A DNA stretch of 64,000 nt from Octopus vulgaris (taxonomy: Eukaryota): the NCBI GenBank assembly GCA_951406725.2, contig OX597826.1, positions 49,042,001-49,106,000 of the forward strand, written 5' to 3'. Of this stretch, positions 25,360 to 38,673 are shown piece after piece; the first letter of the stretch is position 1, and every line of letters begins with the position of its first letter. A model generated the notes under the pieces. That model ran no database searches, had not been told where the DNA came from, and worked only from the letters and a program-made list of their open reading frames with translations. The position numbers and the translations under genes were made by a program.

Positions 25360-25774
25360 ACTGTTTATATTTTTGTACTGTCGTTACTGTCCTGTTTTTT
25401 TACCATTTTTTTACCATTTTTTTACCATTTTTTACCCCTCTGCGAAAAGATCTCAGAATTTTAATTGATTTGCTTTTCGCAGGAAGGAAAGTTTCTTGTC
25501 GAAGATACGTCTCGCTTTTATCCTTCGAAACGTAGAGTAGATGAAACCTTAGCTACTGAAGAAGGGGTTTTTTCGTTGTGTTAATTGTCCTGTACTCCAT
25601 TTTTTGTTGTTTTTAAAAAAATGTCCTGTTCCTTTGGTTTGTGTCTATGTTTTCGTTTCTCTTTGTGTTCGACGTCCCTTTGGTGTCCTGTACTCATATA
25701 TGCGTGTATATGTACATGTAGAGGTAGGTACGTACATATATGTTTATATATATGCATATGTTTTATTTCATTTA

Positions 25775-25811
<37 letters not shown>

Positions 25812-25830
25812 ATTTAACTATCTATCTGCA

Positions 25831-25874
<44 letters not shown>

Positions 25875-27437
25875 TATATGAAATGCAAAATGGGACAAGA
25901 ACGCAAAACATCCGGACAGTTAAGTGATACAAAAATGGGACAACAAAACAATCCAGATAGACGATACAAAAAAGTTTTCTTTCCTCAGTCAAGTACCAGA
26001 TTATCTTCGAAATATCGACTGCGATTGATCTAGTCATCTATTTATCAATCTACCTATATTTACCTATCTGTTTATATGTGTCTATGTGTGTGTGTGTGTG
26101 TATGTATATATGTATGTATTTATGTATCAATGAACGTAGTGTACATATATGACGGTATGTGGCCAAGTGATTCGGGTGTTTGACTCCCGATCTCAAGATC
26201 GTGGTTTCAGTTTCCGAATTGGGCAGTGCGTTGCTCTTGAGCAAATGAGTAAAGCACTTGACTTCACCTTGCTCCGGTCCGTTCAGCGATAATCCTTCCA
26301 AGTTTAGGCAAAAGTCCTAAAAATTTGTGGGGAGGGGACTAGTCGATCACATCGACCCCTCCGATCTCGAAAGGATGAAAGGCGAAGTCGATCTCCGCGG
26401 AATTCTAACTCAGAATGTAAAGACGGGACGAAATGCCGCTAAGCATTTTGTCCGACATACTAATGTTCTGTTAGCTAATCGCCTTTCATTGAGCTATGAT
26501 GAGTACCAGCGAAGGACGAGAGTTCAGGTCGGGTCCTGTGATTCCGGCCATTTGTACGCCATGTATAAAATACATACATAGATGTGTGTATTTTTCCCTT
26601 GTTAACGTTCGTCCAACGAACTGGAACATGAAACTGAGTAACAGTTTTTGTGATATTTCTGCTGCATTTAAATAAAGCATATTACTGTGTACCACTGTGT
26701 ATTTGAGCATCTGTATGTTTGTCAACATTTGCCTTGTTTCACAGATTTATGTGCTTACTGTGTGTGCGTATATATATATATATATATACTTTTATTCAGT
26801 GAACAGGTCGCGGTCTTATGCGAGAACACCATTTTTAAAGGGTTTATATATATATACTACGTGCTTCTTTCAGTCTCCGTCTACCAAATCTACTTACAAG
26901 GCCTTGGTCGGCCCGAGGCTATAGTAGAAGACACTTACCCAAGGTGCCACGCTGTGGGACTGAACCCAGAACCATGTGACTTGGAAGCAAGCTTCTTCTT
27001 ATCACGCAACCACGCCTATATATGTGTGTATGTGTGTGTACGACGGGCTTTAAGTTTCCGTCTACCAAATTTAATCACAAGGTATTGAGTGATCTGGAGC
27101 CCTAGATCCCGCATAAAGGCACCGTGGACTCCGGATGCATTCATAGAGACAGACAGACAGACAGATGGATAGACAGGAATGTTTGCGGTGTAATGTTCGG
27201 TTCCTGTAAATAATTGTTTTTTCCTGTATTAGTGAATCAATGTAATTGTTGTTCATTATATTCTCAATGCTGTTGTTGTTGATGTTGTTGTTGGTGATGG
27301 TGTGAAGAAAAGGTTACAACTATTATACGAAATTACCAACGTCAACATCATTATCAACTTCATTATCAATATCATTAGCGACGAAAAGGAGGGTCTGGGG
27401 CAGTGATGTCTCTTAGTATCAATATATATATATGCTT

Positions 27438-27476
<39 letters not shown>

Positions 27477-27558
27477 CACATACACACACACACGTATATA
27501 TAGTATGTATTAACACGTTATTAGCTATGAAGATGTTTCTAAATATATATTAAGAGTA

Positions 27559-27696
27559 GGCGCACGAGTGGCTGTGTGGTAAGTAGCTTGCTTACCAACC
27601 ACATGGTTCCGGGTTCAGTCCCACTGCGTGGCACCTTGGGCAAGTGTCTTCTACTATAGCCTCGAGTCGACCAAAGACGGAAACTGAAAGAGGGCC

Positions 27697-27728
<32 letters not shown>

Positions 27729-27937
27729 ATGTTTGTGTGTCTGTGTTTGTTCCCCCAACATCGCATGACAACCGATGCTGGTGTGTTTACGTCCGCGTCA
27801 CTTAGCGGTTCGGCAACAGAGACCGATAGAATAAGTACTAGGCTTACAAAGAATAAGTCCTGGGGTCGATTTGCTCGACTAAAGGTGGTGCTGCAGCATG
27901 ACCAGAATCAAACGACTGAAACAAATAAAAGAATAAA
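27559..27937 (+). mobile_element. SINE family A, near full length
   Basis: GGCGCA start, A-box TGGCTGTGTGG, B-box GGTTCAGTCCC, CORE-like caccttgggcaagtgtc, internal TA/TG tract, tail gactgaaacaa(ataaaaga)n. Confidence 0.9.
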
Positions 27938-28225
27938 AAAAGAAAAGACTATGTCATATAAACGTGTGTATGTGTGTGAGTGCGTGTATAAATGTACGTA
28001 TATATCTACGTATATACGTGCTTGTATATATGTACGTGTATGTATGTATGTATGTATGTATGTATGTATGTATGTATGTATGTATGTATGTATGTATGTA
28101 TGTATGGACAAATCAAAAGTAAAAATAAAAACAGAAAAAGAACAAAAGTAGTCAAAAGGATGTATAGCGTGAATATATTAGATTGACGCTCAGTAAAGGT
28201 TTAACGTGGAAGAAAAAAGGGGTGA

Positions 28226-28252
28226 GACGTTTCGAGCATGGCTCTTCGTCAG
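28226..28252 (-). ncRNA. Hammerhead-like motif, family E3
   Basis: CTGACGA-A-GAGC(cat)GCTC-GAAA-CG-T-C: canonical core and GUC triplet, but stem I pairing is not evident. Confidence 0.45.
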
Positions 28253-28432
28253 AAAGAAGAAAGAGGAAAAAGTCTGAGAAAAGCATGTGTACTGTTACGT
28301 GGTTGAAAAATAAGTGTATATGTATGTGTATCTGTGTATTTATGCATCTGTATGTTTGTCAACATTTGCCTATGTACAGATATATGTGTTCGTGTGTGTG
28401 CGTATATATATATATATATATATATACGGATT

Positions 28433-28483
28433 TTTGTCAGTGAACAGGTCGCGGTCTTATAGCGACGAAAATATTTTGACAAA
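28433..28483 (+). ncRNA. Type I hammerhead-like motif with G3-C8 core
   Basis: TTTGTCA-GTGAACA-G-GTCGC(ggtcttata)GCGAC-GAAA-ATAT-T-T-TGACAAA: 7 bp stem I, 5 bp stem II, palindromic AATATT stem III. Confidence 0.7.
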
Positions 28484-28558
28484 TTAAACTTAAATGTTGA
28501 AGTGAATCGAACGGCTTTTGTATGTTTCTTAAATGGCTAAAAACACCTTCCACGCTGC

Positions 28559-28620
<62 letters not shown>

Positions 28621-28626
28621 ATAGAG

Positions 28627-28728
<102 letters not shown>

Positions 28729-28944
28729 GTAGGTAGGTAGAGAGATAGATAGATAGATAGATTATATTCCAGGAGGTGATAAGTTCAAAAGAAGCTATAT
28801 CGGCTACTTAGAATAAGGAACTCAAAGATGGGTCTGAGAGAGAACATTTATTACATAATCATTAGCCTCAAAAAAGTTATCGTCGGGAAAATATATCAAC
28901 CCTAGAATTATGCTCCTGCATGTATATGTGTGTGTGTGCATATA

Positions 28945-29013
<69 letters not shown>

Positions 29014-29262
29014 TAAATCTAAACGAATCCCAGTGCCTTTTCCATTATATATATATATATCTTTGTGTTAATTGTCCTGTATTCTATTTTTTGCTGTTTT
29101 TAAATAAATGTCCAGTTCCTTTGGTTTGTGTCTATGTTTTCGTTTCTCATTGTGTTCGACGTCCCTTTGGTGTCCTGTACTCATATATGCGTGTATATGT
29201 ACATGTAGAGGTAGGTACGTACATATATGTTCATATATATGCATATGTTTTATTTTATTTAT

Positions 29263-29317
<55 letters not shown>

Positions 29318-29336
29318 TATGTTTTATTTTATTTAT

Positions 29337-29395
<59 letters not shown>

Positions 29396-29634
29396 TATGT
29401 GAGCACAGGACGTCATGAAAAGTGTACAACAAAATTATACGATGTACTATTTTTTCGAACAACAAAAGACACAAATGGAAAACAAGATAAACAACATAAA
29501 GAACGACCCTTCATCGGTTGTTGGCTGTTTTTCTACTCTCGTATTTCGAGCATTTATATATATATAAACACACACACAGACACATATACATACCTTCATA
29601 TATATAAATATATACATATATATGTATATTTAAA

Positions 29635-29666
<32 letters not shown>

Positions 29667-30444
29667 TGTATATGACATTTATAATATATATTATATATAA
29701 TATATATACATATATGTGTATATATGTATACATATGTGTGTATATATGTGTGTGCGTGTATGTGTGTGTGTGTGTGTGTGTGTTTGTGTGCATGTGTGTG
29801 CACATTGTGTATATATCTGGTCATGTTTCCTTGTCTATTTGGTAATCTGTACGAGATTCTTGCTACCCCTCCACCCAAAGTCCATGTATCTGTCCACATT
29901 TCATTCTTTCTCATTTACCTACATCTCCCCCTGCAATTCCACTCCACCTCCACCACCACCACCACCTCCGCCATTACCACCACAATTATCACCTCCACCG
30001 TCACCATCACCTCTACCACCTGCACCACCACCATCACAATCATCTCCACCACCACCACCACCACCACCACCACCACCACCACCACCATCCACCATTCACC
30101 AAAGTCTCGTTAATATATTATCTAATTACAACACCTCCACCTACTACGTCTTTCCTGGGAGACTCAGGAAGAGAAGTTGGAAGAGTACGGTGACGTTGGT
30201 GGTGGTGGCCACAGCGGTGGTGGAAGCGGTGGTGGAAGCGGCGGTGGTGGTGGTGGCGGTAGCAAGGGTGGTAGTTGTGGCGGTAGCAAGGGTGACGGTA
30301 GCAAGGGGGGCAGTTGGGGCGACGTCGTTGATTCTAGTGGTGGTGGTGGTAGTTTCTATAGAAGTCAGCTGTGATTTATTGTTGCTGTTGTTGTTTGTTG
30401 CTCGCGTAGTTGTTGCTATCGCTGTGATTATTCTAGTTTGTAAA

Positions 30445-30840
30445 GGCGGTGAGCTGGCAGAAACGTTAGAACACCGGGCGAAATGCTTAGTGGTATTTCG
30501 TCCGCCGTTATATTCTGAGCTCAAATTCCGCCGACGTCGACTTTGCCTTTCATCCTTTCGGGGTCGATTAAATAAGTACCAGTCATGCACTGGGATCGAT
30601 GTAATCGACTTAATCCGTTTGTCTGTCCTTGTTTGTCCCCTCTGTGTGTAGCCCCTTGTGGGCGATAAAGAAATAAGAAACGTTAGCACGCCGGATGAAA
30701 TGCCTAGCGGTATTTCGTCTGCCGCTACGTTCTGAGTTCAAATTCCGCCAAGGTTGATTTTGCTTTTCATCCTTTCAGGGTCGATAAATTAAGTACCAGT
30801 TGTGTACTGGGGTCGATCTAATCGACTCCCCCTCCCCCAA
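30445..30840 (+). mobile_element. SINE family B, head-to-tail dimer
   Basis: Full unit 30445-30677 followed directly by a second unit starting at agaaacgttagcacgccgg. Confidence 0.88.
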
Positions 30841-32248
30841 CGAGCGAAATACTGCTGAGCATTTGTTGATTCCGGCCGGATTTTAGCTCAAAGACTAAAG
30901 ATCCGGAAGAAATATAAAGTATTCAGTCCTTCCTATAATGGTAGTCTCTGCAATTTCTTACTGAACAATCTGCATAAATGATTTGCATATAGAGATCAAA
31001 TAAATGAATGTTCAGTACATTAGCTCACTCAATCCATCCAATCTACTTTGCCTGAAAAGGCGCACGATGTACAACACAACAGGTGTCGAAGCGTCTGCAG
31101 AGCAACGTGAGATGAGGTGTTTTGCTCAAGAACGTGAGGCAACACCCAGTCCAAGAATTGAAACCATGATCTTGTGCTTGTCAGTGCAACATTCTAACCA
31201 CTACGTCATGTGCCCTCTGAGTCCCGCCTAGCGTTCTTTTAACACTACCGACTCACCACCTGAGAAAAAGAACCGATAAGAATTCTTTTATTTTGTTGCT
31301 GCTGTCGTTGTTGTTGTTGCTGCTGCTACTGCTAATTTTGTTGTTGTTGTTGTCACTAATGCGATTGTCTTTTATCTTTATTCTTATCGTTTTTCCTTTT
31401 CTTTTATTTAACGTTTCAAGACATTTATTGTTGTCAATACTGTAGCAGTGGGTTGGGTTTGGGAAGGGGTGAAGGTTTCCCGAAATATTCAGCGACAAAA
31501 GCTAACAAGGAGAATCGTCTTGAAATCACCCTGAACTATTCGAAAAGCAAAGCGAAAACAAAACAAAAAAAAAAAAAAAGGACAAAAACGGCTGGCTGTG
31601 AAGTGTGTCCCGCATATTGGTCGGTGTGGAGGGCATGCTGGGATGGGTGTCATGTGGCAACAAAACCTGTATGGATTCATTGTAAATCTCACCAGTATTT
31701 CTTTAATGTCAACTTCAAAATTCCTCACTAAGCTCTCTGCACACAATGCACAGTTTTCGCAGGACAGGTGTTGGGGCTTTTCTGCTTGGCCTTCGGCTCT
31801 GCTACTGCTGCTCCTGTTGCTGGTGAGGATGGAGGGCTTTTGGTGGTGGTGGTGGGGGTGGGGGTGGGGATTCCTTTTTATTGTTTTATTGTGGTTGTTC
31901 TGGTTGTTGTTAGTGGTGGTGTTCACGTCTTTGGTCAAGAACAAATAAAGAAAAAAGAACGTCTGATAGATAAAAAAAATGGGAGTGTGTGCTTGTCATA
32001 ACACGTGTGTATGTATGTATGTATGTATGTATGTATGTATGTATGTATGTATGTATGTATGTATGTATGTATGGTTATTTGTGTATGTATGTATGAATGT
32101 ATGGTTATTTGTGTATGTATGTATGTATGTATGTATGGTTATTTGTGTATGTATATGCGTATGTATATATTGAAGTCTATGTATATTGTCCGCAAATATA
32201 TATTATTGTATATGCTTACATATTTATGGCTATATATATATGTGCATA

Positions 32249-32377
<129 letters not shown>

Positions 32378-32449
32378 GTATCTATTATATCGACACACAC
32401 ACACATATATATAAATATGTATGTATGTATATATATATATGTGTGTGTG

Positions 32450-32806
32450 TGTTCAGTCCCACTGCATGTCACTTGCGTGTCACCTTGGGCAAGTGCCTTT
32501 TACTATAGCCTCGGGCCGATCAAGCGCCTGTGAGTGGTAGACAGAAACTGAAAGAAGCCCGTCGTGTGCCTGTATGCATACATACATGTGTGTGTGTGTG
32601 TCTTTATGTCTGTGATTGTCTACCACCACCGCTTGACAACCAATGTTGGTGTGTTTACGTCATCATAACTTAGCAGTTCGGCAAAGGTAATCGATAAATA
32701 AAGTATCAGTCTTTAAAAGCAGAAAGGTACTGAAGTAATTCGACTACAAATACTTCAAGGCGGTGCCCCAGCATGGCCGCAGTTTAGTGACTGAAACACG
32801 TAAATG

Positions 32807-32847
<41 letters not shown>

Positions 32848-33240
32848 TACACATTTTTACTTGTTTCAGTCATTTGATGCAGCCATGCTGGAGCACCGCT
32901 TTTAGTCGAAGAAATCGACCCAGGACCTATTCTATGTAAGCCTAGTACTTATTTTATCGGCTCTTTTGCCTAACCGCTAAGTTACGGGGAAGTAAACACA
33001 CCAACAGCGGTTGTCAAGCAAAGATGGGAAGACAAACATAGACGCACAAACATACATACTTACATACATACATACGACGGGCTTCTTTTCAGTTTCCGCC
33101 GACCAAATCTATTCACAAGGCTTTTAGTCGACACGAGGCTATAATAGAAGACATTTAGACACTCGTTCAAGGTGCCACGCAGTGGGACTGAACCTGGAAC
33201 CATGTGGTTGGGAAGCAAGCTTCTTACCACACAGCCACGC
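32450..33240. mobile_element. Inverted pair of SINE A copies
   Basis: Plus copy 32450-32800 and minus copy 32855-33240, tail to tail. Confidence 0.85.
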
Positions 33241-33241
33241 T

Positions 33242-33283
<42 letters not shown>

Positions 33284-33637
33284 TCCGTGTACCAAATTCA
33301 TCCAGAAGGAAGTGGCCGGACCGAAGCTGTATGTAGTTGGAGACACTTGTCCAAGTTGCCGGCGCTGTAGGACTGAACACAGAACCACGTAGCTGCAAAC
33401 CGAACCTGTACCACACAGCCAAGCCGGCGCCTGTTATTAATTTTTTTTTTCTTTAACTGTTTATTTTGTTTACTAATCTGTTTATTTATTTATTTATTTA
33501 TTTATTTATTAAACTTTCTATTCTTTTGCTTCATAAATTTACCGTGTGTGTTTATAGTATTTGCGTATCGGACAGAAACGTTGGGATGGATAAACAAGGA
33601 TTTGGAAGTTTCATTTGATGTGGTTGCTACTGCTGCT

Positions 33638-33693
<56 letters not shown>

Positions 33694-33712
33694 GGTGGTG
33701 GTGGTGGTGGTG

Positions 33713-33764
<52 letters not shown>

Positions 33765-33767
33765 CGA

Positions 33768-33802
<35 letters not shown>

Positions 33803-34012
33803 GTGATGGTGGTGGTGGTGGTGGTGGTGGTGGTGGTGGTGGTGAGGCGGTGGCTTTTTTTTTTTCTTGCTTGTGTGTTTGTTTTTGCTTGTTGCCATTC
33901 CTTTCTTTGGAAGCCAATTAGACGAGGTCTGAGACGGATTTCTTCTGTTGATTCATTCATAAACTCAGGAATGTGTGTGCACGCATGTGTGTGTGTGTGT
34001 TTTTGCATACGC

Positions 34013-34054
<42 letters not shown>

Positions 34055-34488
34055 ATATATATGTGTGTGTTTGAATGTGATAGCACGTGTATTTGTATGT
34101 ACCTCTTTTGAAAATAAACTTAAGTTCGGTAATTCGTTTGGTGAAATGTTGTTGTTGTTGTTGTTGGCATAGAGGATTGTATTGGTGTTGGTAACATAGT
34201 GGTGCTGCTCCGCAATAGTCGTGGTGATGGTGTTGATGGCGGGGATGGTAATATAGTGGCAGTGGCGGATGAGAGCAGCCAGTGATTGTCATGAATGATG
34301 GTGGTGGTTATGATGGTACTTACGATGATAGTGGTGGTGGTTGTCGTGATTGGTATGATAGTGGTGGTGGTGGCAGTGGTGGTGTTGACGATGACTACTT
34401 GAAGTGATTGTACTTGGTACAACAATGGCACACAAACAACCATCCCCTGCAAAAAAAACGAAAAACAAAAGACAACAACAGCGTCAGT

Positions 34489-34680
34489 GGATGCGCAATG
34501 GCCCAGTGGTTAGGGCAGTGGACACGCGGTCGTAAGAACTCGGTTTCGATTCTCAGACCGGGCATTGTGAGTGTTTATAGAGCAAAAACACCTAAGCTCT
34601 AGGAGGCTCCGGCAGCGGGGGGAGGTGAACCCCGCTGTACTCTTTCACTACAACTTTCTCTCACTCTTTTTTCCTACTTC
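34489..34680 (+). mobile_element. tRNA-derived SINE (same family as 52339), 3'-truncated
   Basis: TGGCCCAGTGG A-box, gtttcgattc B-box, shared ggctccggcag and aactttctctcactcttt blocks. Confidence 0.8.
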
Positions 34681-35773
34681 TTCCACAAAACAGAGGAACC
34701 ATGGTGTAATCCACTATGGTGTGGTAAACTTTCAGACCCTAGTCAAGATTGCGAATCCTCTGTACCCCAGGATGGTTCCGCTCTCCACCCGTCAAAAGCC
34801 ACCGTTTACAGAATGAGGATAACAACGTAGCTTTTGCGCCCGTGCAACCGCCAGTCTATCGCGTGTGGTGGGTGGCTCTTCAAGTTGCCACACGCATTCT
34901 TAGTAGCTTAGAGTAGGCTCGAATTAGAGATTATTCTTTGTGGCTAATAGTCAATTTCATATTCTTTTTAGTCTGTCGGGGAAAGATAAAACATGTACCA
35001 ATCGACTTCCTTTGCTTTCATAAGAAAACAATTTATTTTTTCTTGTTCCAGCAAAGCTGTGGTCACAAGCGCTCGAGCCATGACTATCCTGTCGTTTTTA
35101 TAGACATAGTTTATCTAATATAATATCATTTTATGTATCTTCTCGATTTTTTATGATGACGGCGTGTGTTTTGAGGGAGAATTGCTGTGATTTTTAGCAG
35201 CTTGAGAGACTTCCGTCATACTTCATAATGGCGACCTAAATTCACCCAAACCTGTCTTTCACCAATGAAGTAAAACCAGTGCAAAATTTTAGATATAAGC
35301 TAAATCAACTACTCCTTAAGACCTTACAATCCACGAGGGCTGCAATATAAGTTACTCTACATTGGGCACAACATCGGCAATTTTGAAGAGAAGGACAAAT
35401 CGATAATGTCGACTCCAATACCGAAGTGGTACTTATTTTATCGACACCGATATGCTAAAAGACAATGTTGACTTGAGTGGGATTTGAAATCAAAACGTAT
35501 AGAACCGGAAGAAAAGCCATTAAGTATTTTGTCCGACGTGCTAACGATTCTGCCAAGGCCTCAATATAATCTTTTCTAATATCGGTACAAAACCTGAATT
35601 TTGGTCGATTACATCGACCCTAGTACTTAACTGGTACTTATTTCATTGATCCAGAAAAAAATAAAAGCTTTACCGATCCAAAAAAAAATAGCTAAGTCGA
35701 CCTCGGCAGAATTTGTGTTCAGACGAACGAAATGCTGCTAAGCATTTCTCCAAGGCCTAGATAGATAGGTAGG

Positions 35774-35843
<70 letters not shown>

Positions 35844-36210
35844 TACTTATTACAAACACATATTTCCACCCACCTCATCATTTCAAACAAGAATCACCAC
35901 CACCACCACCACTACCCTTACAGCATAAATTTCCCACCGCGTTCCTCTATTCCGTTCCACTCACCCCCGCCTCCATCCAAAAGAGACAGAGAACAAAAAA
36001 GAGAACAAAACCACTACTTCCACTAATGATCTAAGACAATTGACTGTTTTGTTTGGTTCCTCAAGCCCCAAAGAAGTCTTTGTCTTTTTTTGTTTTTCGG
36101 TATCAGCCTTCTTCCATAACTACTTCTCACTCCACCCACCCCTCCGCTTTCTAATCTTACAGTGAGTGATTCTACAACACCACGACCTTAGCACCGTTGC
36201 CACTCTAACC

Positions 36211-36298
36211 CACGTGACACATATTTAGTAACAACAAAAACAACAGTAACAACATGGCGTTACTTCCGGTTCTTTTTTATTTTATTTAAATAGTGAGT
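36211..36298. promoter_or_regulatory. Candidate promoter motif cluster (E-box, YY1-like, ETS)
   Basis: CACGTGAC 36211-36218, AACATGGCG 36251-36259 and ACTTCCGGT 36262-36270 in non-repetitive sequence. Confidence 0.35.
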
Positions 36299-36399
36299 GG
36301 GAGTGTAAATATGTGTGTGTGCGCGCGTTCGTGTGAGTGTATGCGTGAATGTGTGTGTGCGTATGTGTGTATGTGTATGTGTGTGTGTGTGTGTGTGTT

Positions 36400-36430
<31 letters not shown>

Positions 36431-36697
36431 TTTAAAGAGTCAGTCGGAGAGAGAGTGAAAGGGAGTGAATGAACAAGAGTGAAAGAGAAATCTAAACTTG
36501 CGAAGAAAGAGTGAGAAGGCGAGAGAGAGTAAGTCTAGGTATAGAAAGAGAGAGAAAGAGAAAGGAAGAAAGAGTGGAGAAGCGAAAAGGAAGAAAGAGA
36601 GAGAGAGAGAACAAATGAAAGGAAGAGAGATAATAATCATGAATAAATTGTGTAAGGAGAAAGGGAGACAGATATATAGAAAGAAAGAACGAAGGAG

Positions 36698-36733
<36 letters not shown>

Positions 36734-36740
36734 GTGTGTG

Positions 36741-37054
<314 letters not shown>

Positions 37055-37602
37055 AACGGCACGGCGATGACGATAACGACAGCAACAACAACAACAACAA
37101 GTGGTGAAGATAGCAAAAAAAAAAAAAACTTCTGTTGGCCGAAAGAAAGGAAAATTTGTTATCAGGCATTGAAAATTCATCTTCTTCAACAAAGATGGAT
37201 GGATAAGCAGGAACAGTAAAAGACATTGTTGAAAATATAGTTCCTTCTTTTCCTTGTTTACCATTCTTTTTTTTCTTTCCTGCCACCCCTTCCCCCACTA
37301 CCACCACCACCACCACCACCATTTCTGTTCTTTCTTTCCTCATTTTTCTTCTTTTTCTCACTTTCCCTTTTTTTTTTTTTTTTTTTTTTTTTGCTATTTA
37401 GAAGTATTAGCGTCATAAATAAACAAGAATAATATCGCTTTATTAAAATCACTGTCAGGGGTACTCAGCCATACACGGATATTGTAACAAAAGTAACATA
37501 AGACACGAAAATAAGCTGGGATTTGAGGAAGATTTGGCTGTTATTTCTAGCAGCTGCACAAGGTCTATCTCATTTCTTGATTCATATTCGTTTAATTTTT
37601 TC

Positions 37603-37865
37603 CTTGTTTCAGTCATTTGACTGCGGCGATGGTGGAGCACCGTCTATAGTTGAACAAATCGACCCCAGGACTTGTTCTTTGTAAGCCTAGTACTTATTCT
37701 ATCGGTCTCTTTTGACGAACCGTTAATGCTAGTGTGTTTACGTCCCCGTCATCTAGCGGTTCGGCAAAAGACACCGATAGAATAAGTATTAGGCCGGGGT
37801 CGATTTGTTCGACTAAAGACGATGCTCCAGCATGGCCGCAGTCAAATGACTTAAACAAGTAAAAG
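37603..37865. mobile_element. Fold-back made of two SINE A 3' halves
   Basis: Minus tail about 37603-37723 and plus tail about 37755-37865 are complementary around a short loop. Confidence 0.8.
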
Positions 37866-38329
37866 TATATATATATATATATTTTTTTTTTTATACAAGA
37901 TAAGAAAATGGAGAGCATGAAGCAAGCAATGCTGATACTTCTAATAAGTCCATCTAGTATACATAGGTCTATCTCGTTGGGTATTAATATATATACTGTA
38001 AAACAGACGTGCAATTTCCCTTGACCAGAATGAGTAGAAATGTTGAAAGAAGCAACTTTTAAAAGTGTTTTATGTCATACGTAGAAATTCCATTGAATGC
38101 TCGGTACACAACTTCTTTGGAAAAGTAGGATATCAATAGTTCCTGGTTGACTGCCAAGATACAGGGAGACGGACAGTGTGTGAGGAGAAGTGATTGCAGT
38201 TGTGTACCGAATCGAAGAATTTTGGCTGCTATACCTGTCAGGTCATGTGACCGAGGTACACACACATACACATTAGTTCATTTGTGTGCTTTCTCTCTTC
38301 TCTCTCTGTCTTTTCTCTCTCTCTCTCTT

Positions 38330-38360
<31 letters not shown>

Positions 38361-38616
38361 CATACTTCAACTATCTGCATCTACGTTCTCGTATTTTCTC
38401 GTGATTCCTCTTGTTCAAGTATCCTGGTTTGTAAATCGAATAAGCCCATGTGCTCCGAGCCCAAAGATAGCTTGGAGACACAAGGCGTGTTATATCAACG
38501 TGCTTAGACTAGCGTCTTCAATGCACGATACTATTACTTGCTCGTATCTTGATACTCTGTGCATTAGATGATATTTATCTCGCACTGGAGTACATTTTTT
38601 GTTGATCTTACCTGTA

Positions 38617-38673
<57 letters not shown>

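Noticed and set aside
27559-27635. tRNA gene
   Set aside because: A and B boxes are present, but the acceptor stem is incomplete and the sequence continues into a SINE body; the same holds for other SINE heads.
29716-30651. 311 aa proline-rich ORF
   Set aside because: Runs through (TG)n, (CCA)n and a SINE B copy; no domain.
30870-30930. Hairpin ccggattttag/ctaaagatccgg followed by GAAA as another hammerhead
   Set aside because: No correctly placed core or stem I and stem III.
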